Positions 63,165 through 64,000 of a stretch of DNA of 64,000 nucleotides are shown in pieces. The DNA comes from Anaerolineales bacterium (GTDB lineage Bacteria > Chloroflexota > Anaerolineae > Anaerolineales > UBA11858), in the NCBI GenBank assembly GCA_049644605.1, contig JBARSF010000005.1, forward strand, positions 538 through 64,537, written 5' to 3'. Within the stretch, counting starts at the first letter, position 1. Every line of letters begins with the position of its first letter. The notes below the pieces were generated by a model. It was given only the letters and a program-made list of their open reading frames with translations, was not told the origin of the DNA and ran no database searches. The translations under genes and the position numbers were made by a program.

Positions 63165-64000
63165 ATGAAAATATTAACTGTTTTAACCTACTATCGACCA
63201 CATACCAGCGGGTTAACCATCTACGTGGAACGGTTGGCGAAATCGCTCGTTCAGCTGGGCCATGAAGTAACCGTGCTGACTTCCCAATATGAGAAAAACC
63301 TGCCCCGGGATGAAATTCAAGATGGAGTCAGGATTATTCGCGCACCGGTATTATTCCGGATCAGTAAGGGTGTGATCATGCCTACCTTCGGGTGGCTGGC
63401 CTGGAAACTGGTCCTGAATCATGATGTAGTCCATTTACATCTGCCCCAATTTGATGCAGCTGGGGTGGCACTTCGCGGTAGATTGTCAGGAAAGCCAACC
63501 TTCATCACCTATCATTGTGACCTCAAGCTGCCGAAAAGCTTTTTTAATTGGATCATCAATAGTATCGTTCATTTGATGAATTATCTGGCAGGGATGCTGG
63601 CGAATAGAATCGGTGCCTATACGGATGATTTTGCGTCTTCCTCTCCCTACCTGCAGCGTTTTTCTGAGAAAGTGCGGGTGATTTTTCCCCCAGTCAAGAC
63701 CCCAAAAACCTCAGCCAAGCAGGTAAAGGAGTTTCAGAAAGTTAATAATCCTCAGGGACTATCCCCTGTGATCGGTATGGCAACCCGCTTTGCTTCAGAA
63801 AAAGGAGTTGAAGTCCTCTTAAATGCCTTGCCTAAAGTTATGGCTTCCTTCCCGAAAACCGCAGTTCATTACGCCGGACAATTCCAGGATGTCATGGGCG
63901 AGGGGGACTATTACGAGAGATTGCTGCCCTCAATTCAGATCTACCAGGAGAAAGGGCAATGGGTGTTTCTGGGTCTTCTAACTCAGGCGGAGATGGCTCT
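63165..64000 (+). CDS. Glycosyltransferase (GT-B, family 4-like), 3'-truncated by the window edge
   Basis: The ATG at 63165 opens a frame that runs to the window end. MKILTVLTYYRPHTSGLTIYVERLAKSLVQLGHEVTVLT is a typical GT4 N-terminus. It is absent from the ORF track because no stop lies within the window. Confidence 0.75.
   Translation, partial: MKILTVLTYYRPHTSGLTIYVERLAKSLVQLGHEVTVLTSQYEKNLPRDEIQDGVRIIRAPVLFRISKGVIMPTFGWLAWKLVLNHDVVHLHLPQFDAAGVALRGRLSGKPTFITYHCDLKLPKSFFNWIINSIVHLMNYLAGMLANRIGAYTDDFASSSPYLQRFSEKVRVIFPPVKTPKTSAKQVKEFQKVNNPQGLSPVIGMATRFASEKGVEVLLNALPKVMASFPKTAVHYAGQFQDVMGEGDYYERLLPSIQIYQEKGQWVFLGLLTQAEMA

Overview
This 64-kb window looks like a filamentous Chloroflexota (Anaerolineae-like) chromosome. 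That assignment is an inference from gene content and lipoprotein style, and nothing here was checked against a database. The window splits into two parts.

(1) Bases 1-20716 form an accessory, conflict/signalling-type island.
- It holds three tandem copies of a two-gene lipoprotein cassette: a small lipoprotein followed by a lipoprotein with a Cys-less FGE/SUMF1-like domain.
- It holds three single-pass TIR proteins whose predicted outside parts are sensor domains. One has 14 WD40 blades. The other two are tandem paralogues with diverged family-5 solute-binding domains.
- Transcribed divergently from the TIR-SBP pair is a tight three-gene minus-strand operon. It encodes a PfkB-like/AAA+ ATPase ending in two RyR repeats, a small SLOG-like protein, and a 2TM pore-loop channel-like protein with two RCK/TrkA-N domains and two RyR repeats.
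- I rank this TIR + SLOG + RCK/RyR-channel + AAA+ assembly as the most likely undescribed system. It could be a Thoeris-like, NAD-derived-signal-gated membrane effector, using the same domain vocabulary as eukaryotic (c)ADPR-responsive TRPM2/RyR channels. This is a hypothesis built only from motif reading.

(2) Bases 20717-64000 are mostly core genome.
- RNA genes: RNase P RNA and a tRNA Ser-Ser-Arg cluster.
- A 12-gene amino-sugar/tagatose-type operon with a Ula-type PTS.
- Housekeeping genes: rpsT, argS, hutI, surE, ffh, a KH-domain gene, rimM, dprA, topA, greA, a dGTPase and lepA.
- rpsP, whose S16 carries an acidic tandem-repeat tail and an E3-binding-like domain.
- An orphan beta-class DNA methyltransferase, a pseudo-receiver OmpR-type regulator and a dynamin-like GTPase.
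- An isopentenyl-phosphate-kinase-type mevalonate/prenyltransferase cluster.
- The start of a glycosylation locus.

No CRISPR array, transposase or integrase was seen.
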